Positions 1 through 12,642 of a DNA stretch of 64,000 nt are shown here, one piece after another. The DNA is from Octopus vulgaris (taxonomy: Eukaryota): NCBI GenBank assembly GCA_951406725.2, contig OX597826.1:53010001-53074000 (forward strand), in the 5' to 3' direction. The position numbers and the translations under genes were made by a program. Positions within the stretch are counted from its first letter, which is position 1, and every line of letters begins with the position of its first letter. Under the pieces are notes generated by a model, which worked only from the letters and a program-made list of their open reading frames with translations, was not told the DNA's origin and searched no databases.

Positions 1-30
<30 letters not shown>

Positions 31-32
<2 letters not shown>

Positions 33-225
33 GTTAAGGGCATTACTATAAATGAATGCCTCACGCTAGGAGGCATGTTTTTATTTATTATAGTAGTTTT
101 GACTTTAAGAGTCCCTCATGGCGTGAGGTATTTATGTATAGTAGTACCCTTAACATAAATAAATATATTTAAAAGGAATAATTCATAAATTTTTCCCTTA
201 TGAGGTTTTTCACGCTAACTACTTG

Positions 226-232
<7 letters not shown>
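31..232. repeat. Palindromic element plus one-sided tail inserted in (TA)n
   Basis: ATGTTAAGGGCATTACTATA..GCCTCACGC (31-66) is an imperfect reverse complement of GCGTGAGGTA..TATAGTAGTACCCTTAACAT (121-156). A ~75-nt unpaired tail follows, and (TA)n lies on both sides. Confidence 0.6.
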
Positions 233-273
<41 letters not shown>

Positions 274-429
274 TGTATGTATATATAATGCAACCCGTTT
301 GTTCTCACAAAAAAACTAGTGGACCAGGCTACAAATCACGTACTAAACCAATACAAAGCGGTGTAATGTATAGATCTATGCAGTTGAAATCCAATATATC
401 CAGTCAGTAATGACTATTTCATTACGAGT

Positions 430-964
430 ATATAGAATATAAAGAAAGAAAGGAGGTAGGAAGTTAATATTTTGATTTTACCAGTTGATATCCGTAAAAT
501 TACGATCGTTTGATAGCCAACAGCATGGGAAAAATAATTTATGTAAGTGTATAACAAATTATTTTACTCGTCTGTATTAATGTATGTGCTATAAATTACT
601 TGAAGATTTTACAGGTTTTTTGAAGATTTTACAGGTAATACAAGTATAGAAGACTAGCTCTTCAGATCATAGGATATCGGGTTTACCTCCATTCAATATA
701 TACATATAAAATGTCATCTTCAAAATATTAATGGATACTATTATCTGAAGTGCTAGTCATCTATACCAGTATTACCTGTAAAATGTACAATAGTACTACA
801 TAATTTAAAACATATACACTAATGCAGACGTATAAAACAAGTTGTTATACACTAAAATTAATTTTTTCATGATAATCGCTGCGAAACGATCACAATTTTA
901 TGGATATCTTCTCGTGAAATAAATATATTGATCCTATACTTTTTGACTTTCTTTATATCTTATA
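430..964. repeat. Diverged long inverted repeat (foldback), arms ~240 bp
   Basis: Matching blocks: GATATCCGTAAAATT/AATTTTATGGATATC, AGTGTATAACAA/TTGTTATACACT, TTTTACAGGTAATAC/GTATTACCTGTAAAA, ACTAGCTCTTCAGAT/ATCTGAAGTGCTAGT. Confidence 0.7.
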
Positions 965-2303
965 CATGTGTGTGTGTATGTGCGAGAGAGAGTGTGTATG
1001 AGTGTGTGTGTGAGTGTGTAAGTGTGTGTGTGTGTCTTTGTGTGTGTATGTTTATGTATATATGTTTATATATATATATATACACTTGTATATTTATGTG
1101 TGTATATATGTATGTATTTATATTACTTCCGGTTTTCGTAGAGGAAAGACGTGTTTGCTCTTGCTCTGTGAAAAAACAAAAAGGTTTGCATGAATCGACG
1201 AAATAATCTACTAAAAATAACAAAACGTAGAACTTGTTAACTCATAAAGTCTACTAAAATACCTTAATTAAAAATATATTAATTAAAAACGTAATATATT
1301 TCGCTTGAAGCCAAATATAATACAGTAAAGTTAGTTACGCATGCTAGAACCTTCGCCGAAAAAGCACATGTGGCAAGTCTTTAATTTATCTCCAGCCAAA
1401 TGTAAGAAGGAAAAAGAATTGTTTTCTTTTCTGTTGTGAGAAAACTTCTTCGTCCAAGCACGTACCTTTCAAGATAAGTAACGGTTGCAATTGTTTGTTT
1501 ATTAATTTTTCTTTTCCTTTAATATAAGCTAACATCTCAGTTACGATATACGACGCCATCTTTGTTTACATTCTGAGAATAACTTTCAATTTCTTTTTCG
1601 CTTTCATATGTTTATTTTCCTGTAATTAGTTTAGAATTAAAAAATTCCTTCATTTCCTCACTTTCTTCTACCTCTTCTCTCCTCCCTTACATATATTCTC
1701 CCACTTCCAGCTCCTTTCTCCCTTCCTTTATCTCTCTTTACGCTTACCTTTTCCCTCTCTCTTGCATATCTTACTCTTTTCTCATCTCCCCTCCTCCCTT
1801 TCATATCCTCCTCTTCTCTCATTCCTCCTTCCTTTCCATCTCACATCTACCTCTCCTCTCGTCACCTCACCCTCTCTCTCATATACTTCGCATTCGCCCG
1901 TTCTTCTCACTCCGTCTCTCCCTCTCTCTCACATCCTTCATCCTGTCTCTCCTTCACTCTGTTTCTCTTTCTCTTGCTATCCTCTCCTCCCCTCTGTTTC
2001 TCTTCTCTTCCCCTCCTCTCCTTCACTCTGCCTCTCTTTCTCTTCCCCTATTCTCCTTCACTCTGTCTCTCCTTCTATTCCCCTTCTCTCCCCCGCCCCT
2101 ACCTTCCTCTATCTTTTTAACACACCACACGCCCTTGCTTTCCTCCTATCACCCTCTCGATTTCTTTCATAGCACCTCTCTCTTTCCTTCCTATCTCCCT
2201 CTCTCTTTCCCTATTTCCCCCCTCTGTGTTTCTCCGTCTCTACCTCTCTCTATCTCTCATTACCTCTCTAGCCTCTACTCCCCCTCTGGACCTCAAAACT
2301 AAG

Positions 2304-3260
2304 ATGGCACCAAAGTGGGAAAAGAAAGAGTTAAATCTTCTGATGAGAGCATGGAAGATTGCTAGTAGCGATCCGCCGAACAACATCATCACTGCCGCGC
2401 TAAAAAACAATGGATTTCATAGAACCATTGACCAGATAGAGCGGAAGAAAAGTGAGTTTATCCGGTCTTATATGCTTATAAGACCACACATCAAAACATT
2501 GGACAACATAATTGAAAATTATTGTGGCAAAGCTGATGAGGATGAAGAGGACGAAAAAGAGAAGGAAGCCGGAAGTCTCTGTGATCTAGAGGTTCCTCAG
2601 GAAAATGGATCACCTACCCCGGTGAACGACCAGGTTGTGAAGGATAGGGGAGCCAAGGGAGCAGAAACCGGAAGCCCCTCTGTACCAGTGGTCCTACGAA
2701 GAAATGAAAAATTAGAAAAACAGAAGAAAAAAGGAAGGACCGAAAACAAAAATAAGGAGGGAAAAGGAGGAAAAGGCAAAACAACCAAAGCTGAAACTCC
2801 AACCGACCACACAAACAGCAGAGAACCCCATGGAGGATCCAATGCCAACCAGTACACTTCAGGAAAGAAGAAATCTGGAAGGCACCGAAGAACTTGTAAG
2901 CTCTACCTGCGGGGCAAATGTTGACATGGTGAGTACGGCAAAAACTGCCGGTTCGCCCACCCGACACCCCACCAGAACTTCATGGGACTCAAAGAGAAAA
3001 ACTTTACCGAGGGAACACAAGAAATGTCTCCCAGGGAAACTTTCAAAAACGAAGTGCGCTCCTCAGATGTTCTGCGCAACGCAGCAGCTGAGCAAGAGTC
3101 TTTTTTATGTATGGCGCAAAGAATTGTCCGGCATCTAACCTGGCTACACCAAGCACAGAGAATGAACCCTGCCCACCACTATGCAAGACCACCACAGTCA
3201 ACAGACACGGGATGGCTTCCCCTAACGCCTGCACAGCCGTCACCCCAATACTTTTACTAA
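2304..3260 (+). pseudogene. LINE ORF1 with N-terminal Myb/SANT-like trihelix domain and CCCH zinc finger; one in-frame stop
   Basis: ATG at 2304. W..KE..LL..W...I...L...GF.RT.DQI..K pattern. CKLYLRGKC*HGEYGKNCRFAH spans TGA 2922-2924 and continues in frame into ORF 2982..3260. Confidence 0.7.
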
Positions 3261-5430
3261 ATATTGGGGGCCTGTTGCATCAAAATAGAAACAAAATTTC
3301 TTTCCTGAGAGATCTTACTGCATGCAATCAAGCCCTATGCATAGCACTTGTGGAAACTCACCTCAACCCTGATATAGAGGACGCAGAAGTACACTTACCA
3401 AACTATGCCATACTGCGAACAGACAGAAGGGAAAGGAGCCATGGTGGAGTTGCTGTATACATCCGAGATGACCTCACACCCCAGGTCTTAATGACATACT
3501 CAAATTCGGTATGTGACTCTTTAATTGTATACATAAGACAACATAATATAGTCATATGCACTACATATTTCCCACCGGATGCCCCAAATCACACAGGCAA
3601 GTTTGAAGATTGCCTCACAAGAATTTAAAAAATCCTCATGAATCTGGAACACCACGTGACCATATTTCTTATGGGGGATTTCAACTTCCTCAACGTCAAA
3701 TGGCCCGAAGGTCACATACTCTCAGGAATGAATCATTGCAAGCAAGTACAGGTGGAGTCCCTGCTCAACCTCACCAATGCCTTATTCGTGGAGCAAGTTG
3801 TACTTAAGCCAACTAGGGCGAATAACATACTGGATCTCTGCTACACGAACAATATGGACATCATTCATGGTGTGAAAGTGACACCGACATCAGTTTCGGA
3901 TTACAACATAATAGAGCTGTCTATGTTTGGGCCAAAAGTAACCAGAGACATACAGCCTAAAGGAAGCACCTGAAATCTCTCCAATCTGAACTTCCACAAA
4001 GCAGATTGGAAATCGATCCAAAAAGAGATCTTCAGAGAGGACTGGCAGGAATTTCTCTCCACACCAGACATTGACATGAAATTAGAATGTTTCATGTCTT
4101 CTGTGCAAGCCGTATACCAGAAATATGTCCCAGAGCACAAGGCCAAAACAAATAGGAGTAATATTCCAAAAGACAGGAAGAGCCTCATGAGACGACGGAC
4201 GAAGTTTGCAAATCGTCTCGACCAACATCCCAAAAGTAGCGAAACGTCTAAAAACAACACTGATGGAGATCGAAAAAAGCTGCAGCAATCCTATGTGAAG
4301 GAGAAAGCAAAGAAGCCTGGGTTATAAAAAACATTAAATTAAACCCAAAGGCCTTCTTTCATTACGCGAAAGAAACAGTCTCAGTGCACTACAAGATAGG
4401 ACCCCTCCTCCAAAAGGATGGCTCCCTCACAGACAGGGCACTGTCTTGGGACCACTGCTTTTTATAGTGGCCCTCTCAGATATGCCCTCAAATGCCCGGA
4501 TAGCCACTCTGGCCAGCTATGCAGACGATACGAAAGTCTCGCAGAAAATACAGAACCCCAGCGATGTTGCACACCTGCAGCAGGAGTTGGACTCAATCTA
4601 CAGATGGGCTGAGGATAATAATATGCAGTTTAATGCTGAAAAATTCCAGGCCCTGCGCTACCAGCATCCAAAACTGAATATTAAACTTACAGGATACACC
4701 GGTCCACAGGGAATTTCAATCCCAGAGCCTAAGTCTGTGAGGGACCTGGGTATCGACATGAGTGATGATACCTCTTTCCAAGTGCACATTACCAGGATGG
4801 CGACAAAGTGCAGACGACTGGCTGGGTGGATCCTAAGAACATTCAGAACCAGAGATAAGGAAACCATGATGGTCCTCTGGCGGACATTCGTCCTCAGTCG
4901 CCTGGATTACTGCTCACAGCTATGGTCACCCACCAGTGTAAAATTAAAAGCGGACCTTGAAGCAATCCAGAGAAGATTCACAAAGAAGATCGTCTCTTTG
5001 CAACAGCTCAGCTACTGGGAAAGGTTGAAACAGCTAAGACTCTACTCCCTGGAGAGAAGACGGGAGAGGTATGCAGTAATATATGTCTCGAAGATCCTGG
5101 AAGGAATCGTGCCAAATTTTGGCATTGTAAGCTACACTAATGCTAGAACGGGATGACACTGCACAGTGCCAAAGATCCCAGCAATGCCATCACGCTTCAG
5201 GACCAGCTTCTGCAACAGCCTGGGTTTCAAGGGCCCACAGCTTTTTAATATTCTCCCAAAGAGTCTGAGGAACTTGCACTAAGTAGATGTAGCAGTTTTT
5301 AAATCAAAGCTGGACATCTTCCTGTCAGGAGTCCCAGATGAGCCTACTTCACGGCAAGAGGTGTAAATGAGAGTAGCTATATCAAACTCCATTCTTCACC
5401 AAGTGCCACATATTAGACGAGGTTCTTCGT
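3107..5430 (+). pseudogene. LINE ORF2 (APE endonuclease-reverse transcriptase), disrupted
   Basis: ORFs 3107..3628, 3638..3973 and 4076..4327 are in one frame, separated by stops. A frameshift and a large deletion lie at ~4435, followed by the RT C-terminal half in 4446..5156 and beyond. Confidence 0.85.
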
Positions 5431-5471
5431 AATAACAGTGAAACTAGGGGGAAAAAATATATATATATATT

Positions 5472-5525
<54 letters not shown>

Positions 5526-5544
5526 TGTGTGCATGTGTGTAAAT

Positions 5545-5672
5545 GTAATATGTGACAATTATTCGATAGCCATGATAAAACTCCGAGTTTTATATTTACA
5601 AATAAATTCCTCTATTTACATAATATCGAGGTCTCTTTCATTCTTTCGTTGTCTTACCATTTTTTATCATTA
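5545..5672. repeat. Internally deleted relative of the 17376-18094 palindromic element
   Basis: TAATATGTGACAATTATTCGATAGCCATGATAAAACTCCGAGTTT resembles the left end at 17383. TAAATTCCTCTATTTACATAATATCGAGGTCTCTTTC..TCTTACC resembles the tail at 18029-18090. Confidence 0.7.
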
Positions 5673-5810
5673 TATACACACACACACACACAGACACACA
5701 CACACACACATATATATATTTATATATATATATATATATATACAATATACATACCGAAAATTTAGAAATAGCAGCGAAAAACCGCTTATTACTTTTTACT
5801 ACAGATATTA

Positions 5811-5881
<71 letters not shown>

Positions 5882-6440
5882 CACACAGACAGGCAGACAG
5901 ACAGACAGAGAAATATATATATTTATAGTTGAAATTTACAGAAAAAAATGAAGACGAAGACAGGTGTATGAACATTATACGTACGAGTGGAGGGAAGTAA
6001 TTTCGTTTGTATATAAAAGTAAAACATTATTGTTTTCCCGAAGCGGAGAGAGTAACTTCAGAATGCTCCGTATTCACAAAGGTAAGGTCGGAAATCTTAC
6101 AATACGATGAAGAACTGCATGTGTCGCAACTAGAGCCATTAATCATACAACAAACATTTCGTGAATTTTTTTTTGTTCTTTTAGACATTTATCAATTCTT
6201 GCATGTCAATTGTGACAATACTGTGGCACCACCATTAATTTTACTTTCAGCTTCTGGACAGTTACATACACACATGCCATATCTAAACACACCCACACAC
6301 ATATGTATATATGTATGTACTTATGCGTATGTGTGGGTATGTGTGTGAATACATATCCACACGTGCTTAACGGTCATACACACATGTACATACACACACA
6401 CACACGCATATATGTGTGTGTGTAATCATTAATTGTGTAT

Positions 6441-6940
6441 ATGGCTATGTGGTAAGGAGTTTGCTTTCCAACCACATGATTCCATATTAAGTACCACTGC
6501 GTGGCACCTTGGCAAGTTTCTTCTACTATAACCTCGGGTTGACCAAATCCTTGTGAGTGGATATGGTAGGCGGAAACTGAATCCCTTTGTATATATATGT
6601 ATATATTTGTATACATAATTATATATATGTGTGGGAGTTTCTGTGTTGGTGTTTTTCAACCGCTTGACAACCGATGTACGACATCATTAGATTAAAAACA
6701 TTTAATTGTGATAATGTTTATAATTGGAAGGTAAAATACACACACACAAACACACACACACACACACACACACATACGTCCCTGTAACCTAGCGGTTCGG
6801 CAAAAGAGACTGATAGAACAAGTACTAGGCTTTAAAAAAGAAACAATACCTGGGGTCCCTTTGTTCGACTAAATCTCTCCAAGGCGCTGCCCCAGCACGG
6901 CCGCAACAAAATAGCTGAAGGAAGTAAAAGATAAAAGATA
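6441..6940 (+). mobile_element. tRNA-derived SINE, family B
   Basis: TGGCTATGTGGT A-box-like head, CCTTGGCAAGT core, internal microsatellites and AAAAGAT tail. Homologous to 8423-8830 (minus), 15374-15545 and 22178-22235. Confidence 0.75.
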
Positions 6941-7051
6941 CCACGCGCACGCACACACATGCACACACATGCACACACGTGCACACTTATGTGTATTTAT
7001 ATATTTGTATAATTACATGCCCATACACTCACAAACATATACATGTGTGTG

Positions 7052-7089
<38 letters not shown>

Positions 7090-7697
7090 ATCTATATAGA
7101 TAGAGAAAAAGGGAGGCTGAGTGTGTATGTGCTTATATTAAAACTAATTTCATCGCTAATTAGTTGTGTTCAAATGGCAGTACAGAACATCATAAAAGCA
7201 GTAATTGCTACTGTAGGATCAGTTTCTTATCATAAGATACGAAATCTTTCCAATGAAACCAGGTGTTACAGAGACATAACACACATCAATAGCCAAATTT
7301 CCGAATGCGTAATTACCGAATTATTTTTGCACAGCAAGTGTTTGATTTGAATTCTATAATGATACTAGTAGTCTGCATCTTAGGATGTATTCTCTGTAAT
7401 CTTGTTGTAATTTATCGGAACAGCTCTTGAAAGATGTTCTTTAAAAATAATGTACGAAATACCATAAAATAAAACAAGGAATAAATTCTCTGGTTTGTGA
7501 TTATTGTAAGGATTCATACTTTTTGAAAATCTGATGGGAAGTAGATAATCGATCACACAGCGTGGAGTGTCACTCGTTTTGGATTTCGGATTATATTTCA
7601 ATGTGTTCTTTAAATAAACTCCTTATATCAGAAAGCGGAGAACGCTATACAATGTCATTCACCTCATCTGTGATATATTTATCATTTTATAAGAGTA

Positions 7698-8075
7698 CTA
7701 GCAGTACCGCCCGGCGTTGCTCGGGTTTGTTTCGACCCTTTAGAATTGGAATTTTTGAAAAGTAAAAGTTTTGCATTATGCAGCTCGTTATTCTCTTTAA
7801 GTGAACATTTTCTTGGTTGAAATACACCGAAAAATGGCGACACAGAAGTCAAAAAATCGTAAAAAATAGGGATTTTCATAGAAAAAAAAGCACTTTTTTG
7901 ATGTAAATAATTTTTGGTCTTAAGAATTTTTTCTTCTAGCGAAGGAAGAACAAGCCTTCTATCATAATCTCAATTTTGGTCAACTTGTGCCGCAGGGCCT
8001 TGGAGGAGATAGTGTTAGTTGAAGGCTATCAAACCTGCCACATACAAACAACTTCAGCTTTATATATATAGAAGA
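7698..8075 (-). mobile_element. Non-autonomous Helitron
   Basis: On the minus strand it starts A|TCTTCTATATATATAAAG and ends with the hairpin CCCGAGCAACGCCGGG followed by CTAG|T. Inserted in an AT dinucleotide with no TSD. Confidence 0.8.
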
Positions 8076-8389
8076 TGAGACAAAGATCACGTCTATTTTA
8101 GAAGTGAGATAGCGCTGTGAGAGACTGCTAACCCAAGTTTTACAATTAGTTGACTGAAGCCTTTTAATTCTAAATACGCTGTTATTTCTATTGTGAAATT
8201 CATAAACATGACCGAGTGTGCAATATAATACGTATCAATGTATTCGAGGCATTCTCAATTACTCAACCAGCTGTGTTCACAGTTGTACAAAATTTTCAGC
8301 AGAAAATATTTCATTTCATAAATATGGAAACTCTTCTGTCCTCCATAACGATACTTCATTTATAATTGGAAGATAAAATACACACACAA

Positions 8390-8422
<33 letters not shown>

Positions 8423-8423
<1 letters not shown>

Positions 8424-8830
8424 TCTTTTACTCTTATTTATCTCACTCATTTGAGCGCGGCCATGATGGAGCACTACTTGTAGTGGAACAAATCGACCCC
8501 AGAACTTATTTTTTGTAGGCCTAGTACTTATTCTATCGGTCACTTTTGCCGAACCGCCAATTTACCGGAACGTAGACAAACTAACATCGGTTGTCAAGCG
8601 ATAGTGAGAGGACAAACACAGAGACACAAACATAAGTATATGTGTATATATATACATGTATATACGTCGGGCTCCTTTCAGTTTCCGTCTGCCAAATCCA
8701 CTCACAAGGCTTTGGTCGGCCCGAGGCTATAGCAGAAGACACTTGCCTAAGAAGATGCCATGCAGTGGGACTGAACCCAGAATCATGTGGTTGGTAAGCA
8801 AGATACTTATCACACAGCCGTTCCTGCGCC
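8423..8830 (-). mobile_element. tRNA-derived SINE, family B
   Basis: Reverse complement homolog of 6441-6940, with B-box-like GGTTCAGTCCC on the minus strand. Confidence 0.75.
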
Positions 8831-8963
8831 TATATATATATATACATACATATATATATATATATATATCAACAATAATAATAATAAGGATTATTAAGAA
8901 GTTGCATAGCATTCTTTATATATGGTTGGTTGGCATCCTTTTTGTCTCGGGAGACAATGGAGA

Positions 8964-9084
<121 letters not shown>

Positions 9085-9086
9085 TA

Positions 9087-9266
9087 AATTAGAGATAAAA
9101 CCTCTATTAGGCAAATCAAACAGTGAAAAACATAAACCAATACATAGAAATAAAATTAATTAATATAATATACAAAATATATAAAATATAAAATTCAAAA
9201 TTTAAACTATTTAAATTTCAAGTAAAAATTTTAAAAATTATTTAAATTATTAATTTATACTTATAA

Positions 9267-9310
<44 letters not shown>

Positions 9311-11345
9311 TATATATATATTATATATTTTATATATTGACAGCTTTGCATAAACCAACACATGTTTCAGCTGCACTGATTAGTAACCGTTGAAATTGCA
9401 ACCTTACTTCAATACAGGTGCAGTTTCTTCAAGGTCTTTACTTAATATCTTTCGATTTAACTGTTTAATGTTTTTCGTTTGCCCTGCGTTGTATGATGTA
9501 GAGTTGTCCATTAAGTTAGACGCGAACAATCTCCAATTCAAGTTTTGATTGGATAATCCCTGATAGTACATTATTCTAAAACTTTCTGTTGTTTAGATGT
9601 TTATTACTCATTTATACTGGATAAATGTGAATTTCCACGTCTGCAAGCATCTCAAAGCTTGTTCCTGTCTAGAATTTATTATATTACCCTTGGATGTAAA
9701 AATCTGATGAAATTATTCTATACATGAGTTACATTTATTAGTTCCTGGTCTCTATGGTTTTGCAGTACAAATTAATTCCCAGCTGATAGTATAGTTCTTG
9801 TTTCTGTCATTAATAGACCAGATTAATTTATTGACACTTGTTTGGAATCCTAGATTTTTATCTCTAAATGAACTCAAATGATCTGCCAGTCTCCTCTTCG
9901 TAATTAATGATGTCACATCGACGTAAAAGTATTTATTACCATCAGATGTAAGTTTACATCTATATATTACATATTTAGTCTTCACTTATTTTTCACATAA
10001 CAGGATTCCCGTGTAGAATAATTGCAAAGATCATTTTCTTTTTATATTTCTCTCAGATTTCGTTTTAATTTGATCATTCAGGGTATAATTAAATTCATTT
10101 CCACCAAGTTCTTTATTACTACTTACTCCTTTAGATATCGTTATCTTTGTTCTATTTCTAGCCAGGGTTCTATTCGATTTAACGTTATTAACAATGTTAA
10201 ATTGGGTTGTTTCAGCGACTTTTAAATTCTTAGCGTTCTCTTCTATTTCAGTGTTTTTTACAATTCCTATTTACTATGCTACTCTGATTATAATAGCTTT
10301 TTTTGAAATTTCAGCATTATTCTTAGGTAATGTGTAGCCATAATTTGTGCAATATTATTGCTAAGCCAAATTAACCATAAAGTATTCTTCGAGTTAAGAT
10401 CATAATCGTGATGTTTATACCCATTTTCCGAAGTAGGAAGTATTCGCTGATTTTGATTGATATTAAAGTTGGCGTTTATTTTATCTTTAAATCTTTTAGT
10501 TGTTTCTTTTTTATATTAAAATAATTTGAGATTTTATTAAAGCACACTACATCCTCATTTCTATTAGCAGCACGAGAATGTTTAACTCGGTTATTAACTA
10601 CATTACAATTTTTCATTTTGTTTGAATTATAATTGTCCATTTGATTATTTTTCCCTATTAAAATCACCTACTCTTGTTATTTTATTAACTTCAATATTGG
10701 ATTTTAAATTTTCATTACTATTTTTTCTGCTAAGTAGATTTATTTATTGTACTAGATTTTAAATTTTTGTTATGAAAATTACTGTTTAAATTAGGTTCGT
10801 TATTTTACTTATTAAACTTTATTTTATCCTTATATCCCACTTTCCTAAGTGCTAAGTTATAGTAGTCTTCATTTAGTTTGAAAATATTTTCATTGGCTCA
10901 TAATTTATTTATTATTGACGAAATGTTCTTTATTAGTGAGTCTGTTACTGATTTGGGATCATTACTTTCAATGTTTATATATTTTATGCTTTCATTAGGC
11001 TTATGAAAGGGTTTTAAAATTCCTTTTTTATTTCTAACGTAACATCTAAGAAATTCACAGTTATGTTAATCTTCTATATTTTTTAAAGAATTTTAATAAA
11101 TTCTATCTATGTTTTTCTAACATTCTACTAGATGTGTTTACAATTGTAAAAACCGCACCATCCCTATATAAGCATCCTATTATTTCAGAGAATTCCTTAC
11201 TTAGACGAAATAATATATAAATTCCCACTAAATCTGTAACCTGCACCGAATCTGTAGAACCCCTAGTTGCGTCAAACATATCCGGTATATTTTTTCGTAA
11301 TTCAATATTTATTCTCCAATTTAATGATAGATTTTCTTGCTGCTA
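9087..11345 (-). mobile_element. Penelope-like retroelement (RT plus GIY-YIG), 5'-truncated and degenerate
   Basis: Minus-strand translation gives FDAT.GSTDSVQVTDLVGIY, LYRD, VNFLDV, FHKPN and the GIY-YIG region YVIYRCKL..YFYV..TS..KRRLADHLSSF..LIW..YTISW (ORF 9752..9985). The 3' end abuts (TA)n. Confidence 0.8.
9352..9437 (-). ncRNA. Type I hammerhead ribozyme motif in the Penelope 3' region (U3 variant)
   Basis: Minus strand: AGACC-TTGAAGA-AACTGCAC..GTGCAGCT-GAAA-C ATGT G-TT-GGTTT. Stems I, II and III all pair; cleavage triplet GUU. Confidence 0.65.
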
Positions 11346-12543
11346 TACAGTTCAGGATTATATGATATACATCTTGTAATAATGTTTATAATTAGATAGT
11401 AAAATATAATTATTTCAGATTATATCAAACAAATCTCATTATAGTAATGTTTCTGTTCTTCGTCATGCATCATTGGTACGCAACCTGACCTGAAAGTTAG
11501 CGCTCTTTTACGAGTGTTGCTAGTTTAGCGGGAGGCTGCAATGTCAACGAAGTTAAATTTTGGGAGCGCTAGGCGGTGAGAGGTGATGTAATTTTCCTTG
11601 AAAATAAAATATTTAAACCGGTTACAAAGCTTAGGTTACACGTTTTCAAAATAACAATCTATGTCATGATTAAAATGAATAGATCACTAAGTTATAAGTG
11701 AGGAGGAGTTGTGTACCGAGGTCCAGCCTATTTGTCACACATGCCTTGATCCCGAGGTTCAAACTATTCGTCATATTCTTGATATTCTTTATTAATTTCC
11801 ATAAAATTGAACAACGGATCACTAACCGCACAAACTTATAAAATGGCCTTATGCTAGATAGTAGAATATGAAAATATAAATAAATGGCGAGCCACTGAAA
11901 ATGATAGCTTCTATTTAGTGAATATATTTATTTGCATGGCATATGAAAGAGGTGTTTATAAAGCTGTCTAGTGAAGGGTACCGCTGAAAAGAAAAGTTTG
12001 AGATGACTGGTAGAAAAATTGCAACCCAAAGAATATGATCACGAATATCTGATTATTGATTGAACAAATACAACAAATACAATTTTATTTTATTTAACGA
12101 GCAAGATATTTATGGGAGCAAAAACAAAGTATGGCTAAAACTTTCTTTCCAATTTTAACGTTACAACACAATGACAAGCAAAATTCAGGTGAGAGTTCAA
12201 CTGTTATCAGACGATATAAATGTTCAAATAAATGACAAGCAAAATAAAATGGGAATGACAAACATTACATTATATATGTATGAATTTCGGGTAAGATTTT
12301 TTTTTCATTGTTTCATTTGTTTATCACAAAAATATGCTGACTATTTCATAAATAATTTTATACTTGAGATCAATATGTCATGACTGAAGTCTACAATAAG
12401 AAACTGAAAAAAGTTCTTGCTGAATCTCATTGAAATTTAATATAAAAATGACAATCAGAACGTCAAAATATATTATGGAATCACTAATGCTATATTCTAT
12501 CTATAAAAGGTTTATTAGATTTACTCACACACACACACATATA

Positions 12544-12640
<97 letters not shown>

Positions 12641-12642
<2 letters not shown>

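Larger units (their letters stand above)
1550..5450 (+). mobile_element. CR1/Jockey-group non-LTR retrotransposon (APE endonuclease plus RT), degenerate, with internal RT deletion
   Basis: Pyrimidine-rich 5' UTR (~1620-2300), ORF1, and ORF2 with EEP motifs (ALVETHL, GGVAVYIR, MGDFN, ILDL) and RT motifs (QGTVLGPLLF, YADD, RLDYCSQLWSP, YWERLKQLRLYSLERRR). The 5' boundary is approximate (CGCCATCTT YY1-like motif at ~1554). Confidence 0.85.

Noticed and set aside
1762-2172. Ser/Pro/Leu-rich 136-aa ORF
   Set aside because: It is the low-complexity polypyrimidine 5' UTR of the LINE.
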